Positions 1 through 10,323 are shown, counted from the stretch's first letter. The stretch: 32,000 nt of DNA from Candidatus Saccharimonadota bacterium (GCA_965231145.1 OZ246420.1:780001-812000), one strand, 5' to 3'. Program-made: numbers and translations. The notes: generated by a model not told the origin, from the sequence alone.

Positions 1-312
1 CTTGTTGCAGGACTAAACAATGATGTTCTTTCAGCAGAAGAATATGAACAAGCAAGGAACATTGCTATCAGTTATCATATTCCATTTTCGATGGATAATA
101 AAGCAAATGAACACATCCGAGGACAGAAAAAAGTAGTCAGCAAAATCTTTCTTCATAAAATATATCACAAAGACATTATTGCTGCGCTAATGGCAATCTC
201 TTCCCATATAGTGTTTAATGGATGAACTTATCCTCACATGGATCAGTTACCTGCAGGATTGAATGAAAAAGATTCATATGATGTGTGGCGAGGAAAGCTT
301 ATAAACGCATAA
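1..312 (+). CDS. hypothetical protein, C-terminal fragment (start lies upstream of window)
   Basis: Frame 1 is open from the window edge to TAA 310-312. One in-frame TGA (223-225) is read as Gly (..VFNGGTYPH..). No family recognised. Confidence 0.5.
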
Positions 313-357
313 ATAATGTAGTTTTAAGATTTGTATTTTTAGTTTTACGTCGATAAA

Positions 358-2106
358 ATGTTCGTACGAAAATATCTGAAGCCATATTGGAAACTTCTTG
401 CTTTAGTATTGGCTTTAGCCACTATTAACCAAGTATTTTCACTGTTAGATCCTCAAGTAAATCGCTGGTTGCTTGATAATTTTATCCTTAAATATAAGGA
501 ACTCACACAACATGAGTTTGTGAGAGGAATAATGATAGGACTAGGATGACTTATTGGAGTTGCTATGGTTAGCAGAATAGCAAAAAACTTCCAGGATTAT
601 TTTGTCAATGTCATGACGCAAAAGATCGGGATGCAGATCTATCAGGAAACTATTCGCCATGCATTTTCACTTCCTTACTCTGTATTTGAAGATCAGTCAT
701 CAGGACAGCTATTGCAGAAGCTTCTTAAAGCACGTACTGACATAGAGAACTTTATTAAAAATCTCATTAATATTGTATTTGTGACGTTCGTGGTGATGGT
801 CTTTGTCTTGATCTATTCGTATAGTGTTCATTGGGTTATAGGAGCAATTTATACCGCTCTCGTACCTTTAATGGCGTTTACATCTACAGCGCTTTCAAAA
901 CGTATCAAGAAAGCACAGTCAAGCATCGTGAAAGAGTCTGCTTTGTTGGCGGGAACGACAACGGAAGCTATTCGCAATGTATCACTCATCAAGCTCCTAG
1001 GGCTCGAGAAGCAAGAGATGAATAGATTGGAAACTGCAAATACTGGTATACTGGGACTTGAATTGAAAAAGATCAAGATCGTAAGAACGATAGAGTTCCT
1101 CCAAGGAACACTTATCAATGCTATTCGTGTCGGAGTGATGGGAACGATGTTCCGGCTCATCTTTAAAGAGCAGATGACCTATGGTGAGTTCTTAGCCTTA
1201 CTATTCTACAGTTTCTGGATTATCAATGGTATGACGCAGTTTGGTGAGGTTATCAAGACCTACCAGGAAGCAAAAGCAAGTATGGAAACTCTTGATGATA
1301 TCATGCATATGGCGCCAGCGCCAGTACCTGAAAATCCTGAAGCACTCCCTGTCATCAGTTCTATGGCATTTGATCATGTAAGCTTTGGATACAGCGCGGA
1401 AAAAGAAGTACTTCACGATATAGACTGGAACGTACAAGCAGGGAAAACAGTTGCATTTGTTGGTCCATCTGGATCAGGTAAATCAACTATCATCAAGCTT
1501 CTTTGCTGACTCTATCCTGCAACCGCCTGAACAGTACGTATTAATGATGTACATATTAATACATTGGACGCTCACGTATTTGCACAACATCTTGGTATAG
1601 TCACACAGGATACTCAACTCTTCAACGGAACTATCAGAGACAACCTTCTCTTTGTCGCCCCAGATGCGACAGATGAAGATTGTATGAATGTACTGAGATG
1701 AGCTCGTGTTGAAGATATTATCACAAGCAATAAAGAGGGCTTGAATACAAGGATCGGCGAAGGATGACTCAAGCTTTCCGGAGGCCAAAGACAACGTCTC
1801 GCAATTGCCAGAGCGCTCCTACGTAATCCTGATGTATTAATATTTGATGAGGCAACAAGTTCGCTTGATAGTCTGATAGAAGCAGAAATTACTGAGACTA
1901 TAAAAGAGGTATCTCATCATAAGAAAGGACTTATCACCGTTCTTATCGCTCATCGTCTTTCGACAGTAATGCATGCAGATGTAATCTACGTCATGGAAAA
2001 AGGAAAAATTATCGAACAGGGAGGTCATGACGAACTCCTTGGAAACAAAGGTCTCTACTGGGCTCTCTGGAGACAACAGATTGGAGAAGGTGAAGGAGAT
2101 GAATAA
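358..2106 (+). CDS. ABC transporter, fused permease/ATP-binding protein (MsbA / multidrug-exporter type)
   Basis: ATG 358 to TAA 2104-2106 is one frame-1 reading frame joined across TGA at 547, 1507, 1528, 1699 and 1765. It has an N-terminal TM domain, Walker A GPSGSGKST, signature LSGGQRQR, Walker B LIFDEATS and H-loop IAHRL. TGA 1765 sits on the Gly of GEGG-LKLSGGQ. Confidence 0.9.
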
Positions 2107-2120
2107 GAATATTTCATATA

Positions 2121-2152
2121 AAAAAACCGCGGGCAAACCCGGCGGTTTTTTG
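2121..2152. terminator. GC-rich hairpin flanked by an A-tract and a T-tract (bidirectional rho-independent terminator)
   Basis: aaaaaACCGCGGGcaaaCCCGGCGGTtttttt lies between the convergent ABC exporter and the 2168-2485 gene. Confidence 0.75.
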
Positions 2153-2167
2153 TATGAGGCATATTTT

Positions 2168-2485
2168 TTAGGTTCTAATAGGTTTGTAGCCGATCATTAT
2201 ATCATATGTTTTTGCAAGTAACCAAAGCAATAAACATATGGAACCAATTATAATGAGAGCACACCAGGCGCAGATCTGGAGACAAACATCCCTCATAAAG
2301 AACATTAGCAGCAACACACTCAATTGAACAAACCACGTCTTTTTGATGCGTTTCCATAAATCTATCATAGCATAGAAAGGATAGATGATGACACCAACGA
2401 CAAACGTCCCTATCAATAGAATTATTTGTGGCAACACAATAAAGATACCGATAAGTAGAACGAAACAGAAGATAGATATGATCAT
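2168..2485 (-). CDS. small integral membrane protein, hypothetical
   Basis: Intact 105-aa ORF ending in TAA. It is very hydrophobic, with about 3 predicted TM segments. No family recognised. Confidence 0.55.
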   Translation of the reverse strand: MIISIFCFVLLIGIFIVLPQIILLIGTFVVGVIIYPFYAMIDLWKRIKKTWFVQLSVLLLMFFMRDVCLQICAWCALIIIGSICLLLWLLAKTYDIMIGYKPIRT

Positions 2486-2560
2486 AATATTTTTTGTTTT
2501 ATGTGCCCATTCTAATGGAACTCATTGGCAAGACAATACTTTCTTATAGAGCCAATTAGG

Positions 2561-2899
2561 TTAGTTTCCTCCCACATTTTCATACACCTCAAAAATCTTA
2601 TCTCTTTTCACAAAGACTACGTCGAGCCTGATATTTTCTTTTGTTTGATAGTCGCGCATGTAGTGCGCTATTGTCTTATGCACAAAGTAAAGCTTCTTTT
2701 CCGTTACATATCAAAAAAGATCGTCCATACCATCGACGACTTTGACTTCAATAAATACGGTAGTATTTTCATTTTCCATGATAATATCTATCTCTCCTCC
2801 CTGGATAGTATAGTTACTCAGGAGATGCGTGTAGCCTTTCGTACGATAGTATTCAACGACTATTTCTTCTCCTTCGGAGCCTTTTTTACGTTTGTTCAT
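2561..2899 (-). CDS. yraN: YraN-family (UPF0102) endonuclease-like protein
   Basis: The ORF 2711-2899 (MNKRKKGSEGEEIVVEYYRTKGYTHLLSNYTIQGGEIDIIM..FIEVKV) continues through TGA 2711-2713 to TAA 2561-2563. The GxxGE..A..Y...GY.IL..N.....GEIDII.......FVEVK pattern is typical of UPF0102. Confidence 0.75.
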
Positions 2900-2906
2900 T
2901 TCTTCA

Positions 2907-2965
2907 CTTAAAACTTAAATCTCAAACCTTAAAACAGTTTTTAGTTTTCAGATTTGAGTTTTAAG
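2907..2965. repeat. AT-rich imperfect hairpin with 7-nt periodic arms (locus A, truB-yraN spacer)
   Basis: The left arm is CTTAAAA CTTAAAT CTCAAAC CT and the right arm is AGTTTTC AGATTTG AGTTTTA AG. The arms are complementary at 20/23 positions. Confidence 0.7.
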
Positions 2966-2969
2966 ATAA

Positions 2970-3635
2970 TTAGTTAATAGTCCAATAGCCAGTCTCATTC
3001 TTGCTGAAAGTGATAAGATTATCAACTTCTGTCATTTTCCATGGACCGATACTGGTTCTACGAAGTTCGCGAATGACACCTCCCGTACCGAGCTGCTCAC
3101 CAAGCCAATGTGCGATAGAACGAATAAATGTCCCAGATCCTACGTCAAATGACACTTTGACCAATGGCCACGCATAGGAGATGATCTCATAATGATATAT
3201 ATCCATTTCACAATCTACCTTGATTTCTTTACCCGCACGTGCTGACTTATAGAGTCTTTTTCCTGCTACTTTTTTTGCACTGAACGAAGGAATAGGCAGC
3301 ACATATGATGGCACAAGTTTATCCAAATATTGTTTCAATAACACTCCCGTAACATGAGTATGATCGCCTTTAAATTGCTCAATTTGAGCATGATAATCAA
3401 TATCCCGTGTATCCGTCTTCACTGAAAGATCAATGACCGCTTCATATGATTTACCAAGACCTTGATACTCCTCTGCTTTTTTTGTATCTTCATCAGATAC
3501 AAGCACCATAAGACCAGTAGCAAGCGGATCGAGAGTTCCACAGTGTCCTACTTTTTTGTAACCAAAATGTTTTTTTACTTTATGTACGACATCGAAGCTT
3601 GTGATGCCGGTCGGTTTATCTGCAAATATGATCAT
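2970..3635 (-). CDS. truB: tRNA pseudouridine(55) synthase TruB
   Basis: Intact 221-aa ORF with no TGA. It carries the KPxGxTS and GHCGTLDPLATGLMVL catalytic-Asp motif. Confidence 0.9.
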   Translation of the reverse strand: MIIFADKPTGITSFDVVHKVKKHFGYKKVGHCGTLDPLATGLMVLVSDEDTKKAEEYQGLGKSYEAVIDLSVKTDTRDIDYHAQIEQFKGDHTHVTGVLLKQYLDKLVPSYVLPIPSFSAKKVAGKRLYKSARAGKEIKVDCEMDIYHYEIISYAWPLVKVSFDVGSGTFIRSIAHWLGEQLGTGGVIRELRRTSIGPWKMTEVDNLITFSKNETGYWTIN

Positions 3636-3654
3636 CGTTATCCTTTTTCCTTAG

Positions 3655-4146
3655 CTAAAATGTACATACTACTTCCTGAAGCTTACATGTGGCAGCGGCC
3701 ACCGAATAACATGCATGAAAATTTGTATTTTCCGTCGAGGTAATCTGCAACGAAGCGCCGCTATGTACCGTACAACCTACCGCATATGGGATTAATGTGA
3801 TATGAAAGCCTGATGTAGTTACTAGCGCACGGTCTATGAGAATTTCGCGAGAAAAAGGAGCGACAAGCTCCCCGGAACCGTACGTTGCTTGCAGGCTGGT
3901 TCCTGACAAAACGCCAAGCGAGAGATATCAGTATTTCACCCATCATGAAGAAAGATGAACGGAATTAGTCGTCGAAGCCTCTTGTAATGTATTTTGTATT
4001 GATGATGCAAAACGCTCTTTTGTATTTGCAAAACGTATCTTATCAGAAAATCAGCTTCCAAGATTAGTAACCATCGCAAGCACGATTCCTATGATCACAA
4101 TAGTAATCACTATCTCTATCAATGTAAATCATTTATTACGTTTCAT
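3655..4146 (-). CDS. type IV pilin / pseudopilin with prepilin-type N-terminal cleavage-methylation signal
   Basis: ATG at 4146 gives MKRNK-G-FTLIEIVITIVIIGIVLAMV. The -1 Gly of the G|FTLIE site is encoded by TGA 4129-4131. The frame stays open through further TGAs to TAG 3655-3657 (492 nt, 163 aa). The C-terminus contains Cys residues. Confidence 0.85.
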
Positions 4147-4154
4147 CGTATATA

Positions 4155-4250
4155 TATTCTAGATTCTAAATTTTGGATTTTGAATAATCTTTTATTAATG
4201 ATTCCTCCTTGTGTAATTTAGAATTTAGAATTCAACATTTCGAATTAATT
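4155..4250. repeat. AT-rich inverted repeat with 7-nt periodic arms (locus E, pilC-pilin spacer)
   Basis: The left side is TTCTAGA TTCTAAA TTTTGGA TTTTGAA and the right side is AATTTAG AATTTAG AATTCAA CATTTCG AATTAAT. The outer ~17-18 nt are complementary (attctagattctaaatt / aatttagaatttagaat). Confidence 0.6.
4156..4184 (-). promoter_or_regulatory. possible sigma70-like promoter for the pilin gene, implying a very short leader
   Basis: On the minus strand: TTCAAA (4184-4179), 17 nt, TAGAAT (4161-4156). The -10 ends 9 nt before ATG 4146. It lies inside the left arm of hairpin E. Confidence 0.35.
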
Positions 4251-4253
4251 ACG

Positions 4254-5348
4254 TTATGTTGTTTGAACTCCACCGAGAATAGTCGTAATAATACCAAATA
4301 CCGAAAATGCAATAAGCACCACTACTCAACCCACAAGCACAATCATGATAGGCTCCACGACTTTAGAAAGATTATTCAGCATCATCTCAAGATCTTCTTC
4401 ATAGACTTCGATCACATTACCAAGGGCTTCCGGAAGCTTTGCTGTATCCTCACCAACCTTTACTAACAATGCTGCGTTTGCTGGAATAATGTGCGTATAT
4501 GACAAAAATACCTCATGCATCGTTTGCCCGCTTCTTACCTGTGCAATCATGGCATCAAGAAACTCCTCATACGAACCGATGCGCACGATATCTTTGAGCA
4601 TCTGAAATGTCGAAATATAACTCATGCCGGCATATTGCATGATTCTCATATATCTGAAAAACTTTATCAGATAATAATATTTCGTCATCTTTCCAATCAA
4701 CGGAAGCTGCAACAACCTATTAAATCACCATCTTTTTCCTGCTTCACTCGAGAACACTACCGATGCTAAAAAACATACGACACCGAGCACGATAAGGATG
4801 ATCGCAACATTATTTTTCATAAAATCTGAAACCGCCATCATGGCGCGCGTTACCGCTGGCATCTCGATGCCGGGAAACTGCTGCGCGATAGAAAAGATTC
4901 CTGGAAGGATATTGATGAAAAGTACAAAAACCGCGATGATTGCTAAGATAAGCAACAATGCAGGATAGGTCATTGCACTAATGTATTTTGCCTGAAGATT
5001 ACGGAGAAAATGATATTCACGAGAAAGCGATGAAAGTACCTTAACGAGATTTCACGATGCTTCTCCCGATCTTACTATATGTACATCGGACGCATCAAAG
5101 TATTCAGGAAGCCTTGAAAGTGCATATGACAACTGGCGTCATTCTTTGAGCATGGTAGCAATATGTCTTCCAATATATCTTTGTGATGGGCTCTCTCCTC
5201 TCTGAGCGATCGTCTCTGCAGCTGCCAACAATGCTACTCATCCCTGAAGGAGATAAGCTAGCTCTCTAAACAAAAATATCTTATCCTTCGTCCCAAATCC
5301 TGCTTTCTCTCTTGTGGCAAGATAGTGACGAATTACTCTTTCAAACAT
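4254..5348 (-). CDS. pilC: type IV pilus / type II secretion platform protein (PilC/GspF family)
   Basis: ATG 5348 to TAA 4254-4256 (1095 nt, 364 aa). It fuses ORFs 4326-4715 and 4725-4973 with the upstream part across five TGAs. It has two GspF-type repeats and TM segments (..SGQTMHEVFLSY..IIPANAALLVKVGEDTAKLPEAL..). Confidence 0.85.
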
Positions 5349-5357
5349 ACAAACAAA

Positions 5358-5416
5358 CTAAAGACTTAAAACATAAAACTAAAAACAAGTTTTGGTATTA
5401 AGTTTTCAGTTTTAAG
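5358..5416. repeat. AT-rich imperfect hairpin with 7-nt periodic arms (locus B, pilO-like/pilC spacer)
   Basis: The left arm is CTAAAGA CTTAAAA CATAAAA CTAAAAA C and the right arm is GTTTTGG TATTA AGTTTTC AGTTTTA AG. The arms pair with a bulge. Confidence 0.6.
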
Positions 5417-5423
5417 ATAATAG

Positions 5424-6125
5424 TTATTTCATCATATAGCCATTCAGCTCAATCGTCACTGCCTGTCTCTCTTGATATTTAACGATATCATAGTTAACAG
5501 AATTAACAGTATAGAGCATAGGGAACTGAGGACTGAGAGTATTTTCTACATTGTATATAAATGCGAGGAGTCAGTTCTTATCAGCAAACTCTATCGTCAT
5601 CATAATTGGTATCCTTATAAGATTTTCTATCGTTTCCATCGTAGAGATATTTCCAAATGAGATACTTGTCACTACGCCGTTGAGCTGATTGGTAGATGAC
5701 TTGAGAAGATATTCGTTAATATTTGCGAGGATCTTCTTCTGGTCAAATGCCATCTTATCTCCTTCATTTTTCTGGAGCTGCAAAAATGCTCTCATCTGGG
5801 GTATCACTGGAACAAGTGTTTCAGGGATAGCGGTACATCCTTTTGTACTTAAGCAAGTGAGCAGTTCAGCTTTCTGCGTATTGATATCTTTAATAGCAAG
5901 AAGATCATTGACGACTTCTTTATACTCACGATCTTTTTGCATCTGCTGCGTCTGAAGCAGATCAACACTACGACTTGTCGCTTCATACTCTGCTGCAGTA
6001 TCCTGCATATATCCTCGGCTTAGTGCCATCACCAGAACAAGCACTATCACATAGAGCTTATATTTAATGGTCAGAACTACTCTCTGAGAGTCTTTTTCCA
6101 GATGATTATTTACTACCTGTTCCAT
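5424..6125 (-). CDS. PilO-like pilus assembly protein (TM anchor + coiled coil + C-terminal globular domain)
   Basis: ORF 5571-6125 continues through TGA 5571-5573 to TAA 5424-5426 (233 aa). The assignment rests on architecture and position between pilN-like and pilC, not on a recognised motif. Confidence 0.45.
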
Positions 6126-6654
6126 GGAGAGATATATCAGCAGTTAAAGTAAATGCAAAAACTTCACCATTTTTCTTATAGTCTTGGATCGCGACGTTCC
6201 TAATAAAGTCTAATTGTACAAACTGATCTATCACTCCATCCTTTGCATAAATATATGAAAGATTTGGTACTGTTCCTCTCAGACTTATCCCATCATAGTC
6301 GATCTTAAAATCAGAAAACTGTACGTTTCCTCCTCCAAGACTTTGAAGTGTTGTGAAGATCTGGATCACACGAGAGATACGATCGAGCCATGAACCAGCA
6401 TTTTGCGAGGCAACCAGTTTCTTACCTGCAAGATAGGTCATATAATCACTTGTATCATGAGCCTTCTGGATCTCTGCATTTTTTCCTGCTATATCTTCCT
6501 GCAGATTTTTCTGCTCTCCTACCATCACCTGGTTCATCGCAGCGTTGTAGCCCCAATATCCCACATACAGAATAAATACGAGCAGCACAAAAACATATAC
6601 TCTTTTCCACGGCAGACGCATTTTTTTTGCATCCGACATTATACTATTGGTCAT
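6106..6654 (-). CDS. PilN-like fimbrial assembly protein
   Basis: Intact 182-aa ORF. Its N-terminus KKMRLPWKR followed by a TM helix resembles the INLLPWR motif of PilN. A coiled coil follows. It overlaps the next gene by 20 nt. Confidence 0.5.
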   Translation of the reverse strand: MTNSIMSDAKKMRLPWKRVYVFVLLVFILYVGYWGYNAAMNQVMVGEQKNLQEDIAGKNAEIQKAHDTSDYMTYLAGKKLVASQNAGSWLDRISRVIQIFTTLQSLGGGNVQFSDFKIDYDGISLRGTVPNLSYIYAKDGVIDQFVQLDFIRNVAIQDYKKNGEVFAFTLTADISLHGTGSK

Positions 6655-6756
6655 AGAAAACGCTTATATCTAAAAATAAGTTATCACCCTTTTGGTATAG
6701 CGTTTTATCAGATGATTGCAAATAGAAAGCTCTTTACAAAACTCTTTTTATAAAAA

Positions 6757-6794
6757 GAAAAAACTCTCCTGGGGAGAGTTTCTGCCTTCGGCAG
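6757..6794 (-). terminator. tandem hairpin terminator downstream of yebC
   Basis: The minus strand reads CTGCCgaaGGCAG then AAACTCTCCccaGGAGAGTTTtttcttttt. One stem carries a UUCG-type loop, and a U-tract follows. Confidence 0.7.
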
Positions 6795-6809
6795 ATTATT
6801 TGATATGAA

Positions 6810-7562
6810 TTATGCAACGTTATGATAAATGCTATCGACATCTTCGTCTTCTTCGAGGGCATTGTAGAGTTCTTCAAAGGATTTCATGTCTTCGTCTGAA
6901 AGTGTGATTTCATTTTGTGGCAGATAGTGAATATCTGCATCTGCAAGACTATATCATAATTCCTCTATCCCCTTCTTCGTATTTACAAATGCTTCGTACG
7001 AAGTTATCACGCGACACTGCCCGGCTTCTTCCTGAAAGTCTTCGATATCAAGATTCATCAGATCCTCTTCTAATTGGTCTTTATCATAGGGAATAATCGT
7101 CTTTATCTCATTACCTTTTACGGTTTCTGTTTTAAGTTTTCCGTTAATGATGATCACCCCCTTTTGCGAAAATTGCCATGCGACTGCTCCTGGCTCTGCC
7201 CATGTACCACCCATTTTTCCTAAGATAGCGCGAACATTTGATGCGGTTCTATTGGTGTTTGAAGCGATACATTTAATATAAAGCGCAGATCCCGCAGGGC
7301 CATACCCTTCATACATAACTTCCTGAAGTTCCTGGCCTTCTACCTTTCCTGCTCCTTTCTTGAGCGCCTTATCTATGACTTCTTTTGGCAGACTATGGTA
7401 TCTTGCTTTTTGCAAAATAAGATCGAGTGCTGGGTTCATATGAGGATCGTCTCCTCACTTTCTGGCAGCCATCTCGATGAGCTTACCGATCCTTGAATAC
7501 GTTTTCGACTTTGCTGCATCACCTGCTGCCTTCTTTCCTGCAATACTATGTCGTCTTCACAT
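6810..7562 (-). CDS. yebC: YebC/PmpR-family DNA-binding transcriptional regulator
   Basis: ATG 7562 to TAA 6810-6812 (250 aa). The sequence MGRRHSIAGKKAAGDAAKSKTYSRIGKLIEMAARKGGDDPHMNPALDLILQKAR matches the family N-terminus. TGAs occur at 7557, 7455 (the Gly of GGDP) and 6954. Confidence 0.9.
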
Positions 7563-7591
7563 ATTTTACATACACATATTTCATAAAATGG

Positions 7592-7656
7592 CAGTTAGAT
7601 GTTAGAGTTTAGATGTTAGTAAAACTTGCCAAAATCTAAAATCTATAATCTAATTG
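7592..7656. repeat. hairpin with 7-nt periodic arms (locus D, rnpB-yebC spacer)
   Basis: The left arm is CAGTTAGATGTTAGAGTTTAGATGTTAG and the right arm is CCAAAATCTAAAATCTATAATCTAATTG. About 22/28 positions are complementary. The unit is TTAGAxx / xxTCTAA. Confidence 0.7.
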
Positions 7657-7680
7657 CTGTAAGAATATTAGTTAATAAGT

Positions 7681-8019
7681 GCTCTACCATAAGCCCGATT
7701 CTGTATTACGATGATATTTATCTTTGATAGCCTATAGCTACCTTTGTGCACGCCCCCGACAGCTGTCGGGGGACGCTTGCAACAAGCAGGGTTTACCACT
7801 CGAATGACAAAGTTGTCAGACTAAGAAGGAGTATCCCGACAGCTGTCGGGAACCTCCACGTTGCATCTTTCCTCAGCACGAGGCTAAGTAGTTTTCGTTT
7901 CTGTGGCACTTTCCTTTGCTCCGTATTCCGGACGTTCCATCAGCTGTTAGCTGCTGCCTTGTGTCTGTTGTCGAGACTTTCCTCCCCCGACAAAGTCGGG
8001 GGCATCACCATGGTAGAAC
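7681..8019 (-). ncRNA. rnpB: RNase P RNA (bacterial)
   Basis: This is a GC-rich island in AT-rich DNA. The minus strand contains CR-I GGGGGAGGAAAGUCUCG, GGAAAGUGCCACAGAAACGAAAAC, GGUAAACCC and CR-V ACAGAAUCGGGCUUAUGG. The 5' GUUCUACCAU pairs with the 3' AUGGUAGAGC to form P1. ORF 7746-8030 is an artefact inside it. Confidence 0.88.
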
Positions 8020-8056
8020 GCCGTAAATAGTATGAAAAACGGCCGACATTTTCAAG

Positions 8057-8084
8057 TTGAAAGCAGGAGTTGAATATATATAAT
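8057..8084 (+). promoter_or_regulatory. putative sigma70-like promoter upstream of secG
   Basis: TTGAAA (8057-8062), 16 nt, TATAAT (8079-8084). Confidence 0.45.
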
Positions 8085-8101
8085 GAAAGTCCTTTTTATA
8101 T

Positions 8102-8341
8102 ATGATACGAATCGATATGAAAACAGTGTTAATCGCGCTTATGTTCCTTGCTGGTATAATTTTTGTAATTTCAGTTATGCTGATGAGCCCGAAAGGAGGA
8201 CTCGGACTTGGTATTGGAGGTGTGAGCAGCAGCAATGAGTACGGAAGCAAGAAGTCTATCGAGTCAACGTTGAAAAAAGTTGCACTCGTCACTGGTATCA
8301 TTTTCGCCGCTATTGTATTGTACCTGCCTTACGCCAACTAA
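8102..8341 (+). CDS. secG: preprotein translocase subunit SecG
   Basis: The 79-aa ORF has two TM helices flanking a Gly-rich loop (SPKGGLGLGIGGVSSSNEYG). The true start may be the second ATG at 8117. Confidence 0.8.
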   Translation: MIRIDMKTVLIALMFLAGIIFVISVMLMSPKGGLGLGIGGVSSSNEYGSKKSIESTLKKVALVTGIIFAAIVLYLPYAN

Positions 8342-8378
8342 TGGCATTGGCATGGAGTTTATCCGCTTCCTGTAAAAG

Positions 8379-10310
8379 ATGTTACATATACGTCAGAAAT
8401 TAGTGAAATACGTTTTGGTATTTCTTTTTTTCGTCTGGCTCCTCGGATTAGGCTACCTGTACTATCAGTACGTTATTGCCTCTTCGGAAACAGTAGCTAC
8501 AAAAGGTGGAACCCTCGTAGAAGGTGTTACTACCAATGTTTCATACCTCCCGTATGTTAGAAATACTGATGCAGATTTGTTCTATCAGGGCTTACTCTAC
8601 AAAGCATGTATGACTTATTTCAGTCGTGGTTATCAGATTATTTATGATAACGATATCTGTAAGGTTATTACTCAGGATAATAAAACCTTCCTTGTATCAC
8701 TCAATACAACTGGCTCGTGGTCTGACAGCACTCCAATTACCATAGACGATGTACTTTTCACCTATCAGGATATCATTAAGGATAACTTCCGAGATATTCC
8801 AAATCTCAGAAATTACGATAAGATTGATGTGGAAAAAATTTCTGACAACTCGCTGAGAGTGACATTTCCTGGAGCATCAGTAGATAACTTCAATTTCTTT
8901 ACTAACTATATACTTCCTAAACATAAACTGAAAGGCGTAGGTTTGAACTACTATCTCAATGAGTTCAAAGAGCAGCCGGTAACGAGCAGCTGTGGTGCAC
9001 TGAGAAGCTGATCAGCAGATGAAACCAGTCTTGTGTTTGATGTGAGCGCATGTGAAAAAGCGTGGATCAAATACTATCAGGTAAAGAAAGTAGATTCTAT
9101 CGAAGGAATTACCTCATCAAATCTCGTGGATATTTCAGTAAGTCCGCACTCACTCGAATGATACAAAGATAATAAGCTCATCCAAAATAAGTATATTGGT
9201 CTCTTCTTCAATATGCAAAGAGGCAGACTGAGCATCTATGGAAGAAAGAACTTTATTGCTCTCGTCAATCATCATCTCTTTAAAGATGATAACAACCCAG
9301 GAATTATTAAAGAAAATTTCCTCTTTGATTCATTTCCAAAGACAGTCACCGATAAAACAGCTATTATGTCAGCAGTAACTACCCTGAGCAATACAGGACT
9401 CATACTCAGTTCATGAGCTGCTCCTGAGGCAATTCCAGAAACAGTGACCCTAGACAATGCAGGCGAGAAAAGAGAGTTTACTCTGGGAGCTATTGAAAAA
9501 GAATTTATGCTCAATATCAAAACATCGAAACCTTATAATTCCCTTTCAATTATTGCAAACGATCAGCTACAAGACCAAGCAGATAGTTCGACAAATAGCA
9601 TTTCGCTTTCTCTTGTTCCTGGTTTCAATCTCTTTGATGGTATCAATACCTATGTTATCCACGGCATGGGAAAAGAGAGCGATGAACTTGTTGCTACTAT
9701 CGTTATCTACTATAAAGCGCCATATGTTCTATCAAAGAGCGCTGCTATCAAAGTTATCTACTATGCAGGAGATCCTTTTATGGTCGACCTTATTAACAAG
9801 ATCAGAACTTTTCTCGGTTGGGAAAACATAGCAGGATACTTCGACTTCGAAGGCATGAGTTCCCCAGAAGACTTTGAAGGAAAGCTTGCTTCTAAGGATT
9901 ATGATATTACGGTGAGAGGTATTGATCTTTGACTCAAAAAAGATATTTCTAACTTATTACTCACGGACAATCCTATCATCAACCCATCACTCTATATCAA
10001 TGCAAATCTCGCATCACAAATAAATCAGTTCTTTGCAACAAGCAACGTAGGAAGCCAAAACAATATCAAGAGAGAGATTGATAGACTCTATCTCAACGAT
10101 CTTCCATTTGCCCTCCTTGGAAAGACTTATTCACTCCTCCACTCTAAGCCATACATCTTTATTGATCCGGCTACTGTCTTTTACGAATCAGACTACAGAA
10201 GGAAAATCCTGCACAATGTGGTCATCGCAAGCAGACCTATTATCAAGAAGGCTACGGTAGTTGATATCAGAGCATTCTTCCAGTTTGTTCGCAACAAGAT
10301 AACCAACTAA
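8379..10310 (+). CDS. ABC-transporter substrate-binding protein, family 5 (peptide/nickel type)-like, N-terminally membrane anchored
   Basis: A frame-3 reading frame runs from 8379 to TAA 10308-10310 (643 aa). It fuses ORFs 8379-9011, 9213-9416 and 9444-9932 with the 3' part across TGAs. It has an N-terminal TM helix, then KGGTLVEG......TFLVSLNTTGSWSDSTPITIDDVLFTYQ, typical of SBP family 5. Confidence 0.6.
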
Positions 10311-10323
10311 TAGACATAGATTC

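Noticed and set aside
3655-3946. A possible structured ncRNA, or two small minus-strand ORFs (84 and 61 aa), between truB and pilC.
   Set aside because: I looked for RNase P, tmRNA and SRP motifs and found none. The region is the C-terminal two-thirds of the pilin gene once TGAs are read through from ATG 4146.
4201-4210. A strong Shine-Dalgarno-like AAGGAGGAAT on the minus strand in the pilC-pilin spacer.
   Set aside because: It is about 55 nt upstream of the pilin ATG, and no in-frame start codon follows it. It is probably part of the hairpin loop, with no supportable ORF.
7746-8030. 94-aa + strand ORF.
   Set aside because: It lies entirely within the RNase P RNA gene on the opposite strand. 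The GC-rich structured RNA leaves an accidental open frame.
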